A stretch of 32,855 bases of DNA, taken from contig CAWIEK010000020.1 of NCBI GenBank assembly GCA_963835065.1, positions 1 to 32,855 of the forward strand. The letters run 5' to 3'. The translations under genes were made by a program, and so were the position numbers. The notes below the pieces were generated by a model. The model did no database searches. It worked only from the letters and a program-made list of their open reading frames with translations, and was not told the DNA's origin. Shown piece after piece: positions 29,332 through 32,855 of the stretch. Source of the DNA: an uncultured Chthonomonadaceae bacterium. GTDB taxonomy: Bacteria; Armatimonadota; Chthonomonadetes; Chthonomonadales; Chthonomonadaceae. How positions within the stretch are numbered: the first letter of the stretch is position 1; each line of letters opens with the position of its first letter.

Positions 29332-29360
29332 CGGGAATAAACGCGCCTGCAAGCCAGTCT
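29332..29360 (+). promoter_or_regulatory. Autoregulatory ECF promoter for sigma/anti-sigma
   Basis: CGGGAATAAAC-N12-CAGTCT, with boxes and spacing identical to the divergent copy. Confidence 0.75.
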
Positions 29361-29453
29361 AAGCAGTGGATAGTGGATAGTTCGTAGTGGATAAAAGAGG
29401 CAGGAACGGCGAGTTTTCAACGCCACGCCGCTCAGGGAATACAAATAGGAGTT

Positions 29454-29496
29454 CCCCTTCTTCCAACTTTGGGAGAAGGGGTCAGGGGTTGAGGGC
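29454..29496. repeat. CCCCTTCT..GGGAGAAGGGG..GAGGG palindromic repeat
   Basis: Hairpin CCCCTTCTTCC/GGGAGAAGGGG followed by AGGGGTTGAGGG; single copy in the window. Confidence 0.5.
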
Positions 29497-29532
29497 TACC
29501 TGGGAGCCGTAACAAGGATTGAGGACGCGCTC

Positions 29533-30073
29533 ATGGCAAAAACGAAGGATACCGCGCGCTACGAGACGCTGATATTGCCGCACCTGAACGCCGCCTATAA
29601 TCTGGCGCGCTGGATGACGCGCAACGATCAGGATGCCGAGGACGTGACACAGGAAGCCTGCCTGCGCGCCTGCAAGTTCTTCGACAGTTTTCGTGGCGGG
29701 GATAGCCGCGCCTGGCTGCTGCGCATCGTACGCAATACCTGCTACACCTGGCTGCAGCAAAACCGGGCGCATGAGCTGACGCTTTCATTTCACGAGGAGA
29801 CATTCGACCTGCCGCATGAGGCGTATAACCCGGAGACGATTGTCCTTCAGCAGGCGGACGCGGAGCAGATACGGCGGGAAATGGAAGCCTTGCCGGTAGA
29901 GTTTCGGGAGGTACTGATTTTGCGGGAACTGGAAGATTTTTCGTATCGCGAGATCGCGCAGATCGCCGACATTCCGCTTGGAACAGTGATGTCGCGCCTT
30001 GCGCGGGGCCGCAAGCGACTTCAGGAAGCGCTGGGGGTTCAGCCTTCCTCGACGGCAGGGAGGCGCGGCATGA
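29533..30073 (+). CDS. ECF RNA polymerase sigma factor; reads in frame into the anti-sigma factor as assembled
   Basis: DAEDVTQE, AWLLRIVRN and SYREIA…GTVMSRLARGR. The TGA at 30071-30073 is in the +1 frame, so this end is inferred. Confidence 0.85.
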
Positions 30074-30861
30074 ACTGTAAGGAAGCGAAAGGCTATCTGC
30101 ACGGCTATATGGACGGCGAACTCGACCTTGTGCGCAGTCTCGCCATTGAAACGCATCTGCAAAGCTGCCCGGATTGCGGACAGGAATACCGGAACCTGCA
30201 GTTGCTGCGCGGCGCGATGCGCGCGGCTTCGCTGAACTATACGCCCCCGGATCGGCTGCGGCAGAAATTGGAAGCCGAAATCAGCCGAAGGGACGGCAAT
30301 CGCTTCTCATGGGTTCGCTTCCCGCAGTTCAAGCTGCCGCCTAATGCGCGGCGATGGCAAAGTGTCGGCTTTACGACGGCAGTAGCGTGTGTATGCCTGC
30401 TGCTGGGGTTCATTGTCCGGCAGGGTCGTCCCGCCGCGTCGGAGAGCCTGCTGTCTCAGGAAGTGATCGCGTGTCATGTGCGCTCGCTGATGGTGAATCA
30501 TCTGGCGGATGTCGCCTCATCCAATCAGCATACCGTGAAGCCCTGGTTCAGCGGTAAACTGGATTTTGCCCCCCCCGTTGTTGACCTGGCCTCAGACGGT
30601 TTTCCGCTCAAGGGTGGACGGCTGGAATACGTCGCCGAACGTCCGGCAGCCGCGCTGGTATATGCGCGTCAGAAGCATACGATCAATCTGCTGATCTGGC
30701 CGGACAAGGCGGAAAGCAGCCGGGAACTTCACCCGGAAACCCGGCAGGGCTTCCATCTGGTTCATTGGGCGCAGGGCGGCATGACCTTCTGGGCCATCTC
30801 CGACCTGAACAGCGCGGAATTGCAGGACTTTGCCGCCAAAATCCAACGCGCCACTCCCTGA
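30070..30861 (+). CDS. Zinc-finger transmembrane anti-sigma factor
   Basis: GGGAGG RBS, MNC…HLQSCPDC (HxxxCxxC), one TM segment, HTVKPWF and LKGGRLEY. Confidence 0.88.
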   Translation: MNCKEAKGYLHGYMDGELDLVRSLAIETHLQSCPDCGQEYRNLQLLRGAMRAASLNYTPPDRLRQKLEAEISRRDGNRFSWVRFPQFKLPPNARRWQSVGFTTAVACVCLLLGFIVRQGRPAASESLLSQEVIACHVRSLMVNHLADVASSNQHTVKPWFSGKLDFAPPVVDLASDGFPLKGGRLEYVAERPAAALVYARQKHTINLLIWPDKAESSRELHPETRQGFHLVHWAQGGMTFWAISDLNSAELQDFAAKIQRATP

Positions 30862-30959
30862 CCGCCAAAACGGAGCGCATGGGCGCAAAGCCGGCATCTA
30901 CAGCGTCTGCCCGATGGCATACGGCGTTTTGCCCATGTCGCATTTGTGCCGGTGATTAA

Positions 30960-32219
<1,260 letters not shown>

Positions 32220-32221
32220 AC

Positions 32222-32855
32222 ATGATCCCTTACAGCCGCCAAACCATAGACGACGACGACATACAGGCCGTGACGGACGCGCTGCGCTCCGATTGGCTGA
32301 CGACCGGGCCGCGCGTGGACGCTTTTGAACAGGCGTTTGCAGCCCAGGTGGGCGCAAAATACGCGGTTGCGGTTTCCAACGGAACGGCGGGTCTGCATCT
32401 GGCGTGTCTGGCTGCGGGCATCGGGACGGGGTCGGAATGTATCACCACGCCGATTACGTTTGCGGCGACAGCGAACGCCGCGCTGTACGTGGGCAGCCGC
32501 CCCGTCTTTGCCGACGTGTGCGCGGATACCGTCAACCTCGATCCCGAACAAGCGGCGCGGCACATCACGCTCAAAACGCGCGCCCTGCTGCCCGTGCATT
32601 TCGCGGGACACGCCTGCGACATGCCTTCCTTTCATTCTCTGGCGCAGCGGCATGGCCTGACGATTATCGAAGACGCCTGCCACGCTCTGGGCGCGACAAT
32701 GCCGGACGGAATTGTTGGCGATTGCCGTTACAGCGACATGACTGTGTTCAGCACCCATGCGGTCAAGGCGATTGCAACCGGCGAGGGCGGCGTAGTTACG
32801 ACCAACAATCCACATCTTAATGACAAACTGCGCCTGCTCCGCTCGCACGGCATTA
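32222..32855 (+). CDS. pseC: PLP-dependent UDP-4-amino sugar transaminase; partial, runs off the window
   Basis: Translated by hand from ATG 32222: MIPYSRQTIDDDDIQAVTDALRSDWLTTGP, SNGTAGLH, IEDACHALG and FSTHAVKAIATGEGG; follows pseB. Confidence 0.9.
   Translation, partial: MIPYSRQTIDDDDIQAVTDALRSDWLTTGPRVDAFEQAFAAQVGAKYAVAVSNGTAGLHLACLAAGIGTGSECITTPITFAATANAALYVGSRPVFADVCADTVNLDPEQAARHITLKTRALLPVHFAGHACDMPSFHSLAQRHGLTIIEDACHALGATMPDGIVGDCRYSDMTVFSTHAVKAIATGEGGVVTTNNPHLNDKLRLLRSHGI

Overview
GC-rich chromosomal window from a diderm bacterium. Gene content and repeat style suggest Armatimonadota, but that is an inference. The backbone encodes an outer-membrane beta-barrel, two divergent multidomain carbohydrate-active enzymes (GH5 plus a six-hairpin domain; PL4 rhamnogalacturonan lyase plus a CE12 esterase), a thioester alpha-2-macroglobulin, nudC, a sugar ABC binding protein and permease, an Old Yellow Enzyme, coaA, an alpha/beta hydrolase, a lactate permease, a metallophosphoesterase facing an ECF sigma/anti-sigma unit, and pseB-pseC. 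There are two accessory patches. The first (about 7.3-10.8 kb) holds toxin-antitoxin debris, with a vapC cut off by an AT-richer HNH plus PIN-like gene pair, a candidate defence module. The second (about 25.4-28.1 kb) holds an EEP-nuclease two-gene cassette bracketed by a 138-bp duplication of the lactate permease 3' end, followed by an HTH/PIN pair. The strongest non-coding signal is a ~150-nt element present twice (11122-11271 + and 23285-23435 -). Each copy has an ECF-type promoter, a strong SD, an 8-codon ORF ending in CCC-TGA and a predicted pseudoknotted structure. Several REP, MITE and heptamer repeat families occur, some of them translated. Single-base frameshifts in at least four genes suggest assembly indel errors.
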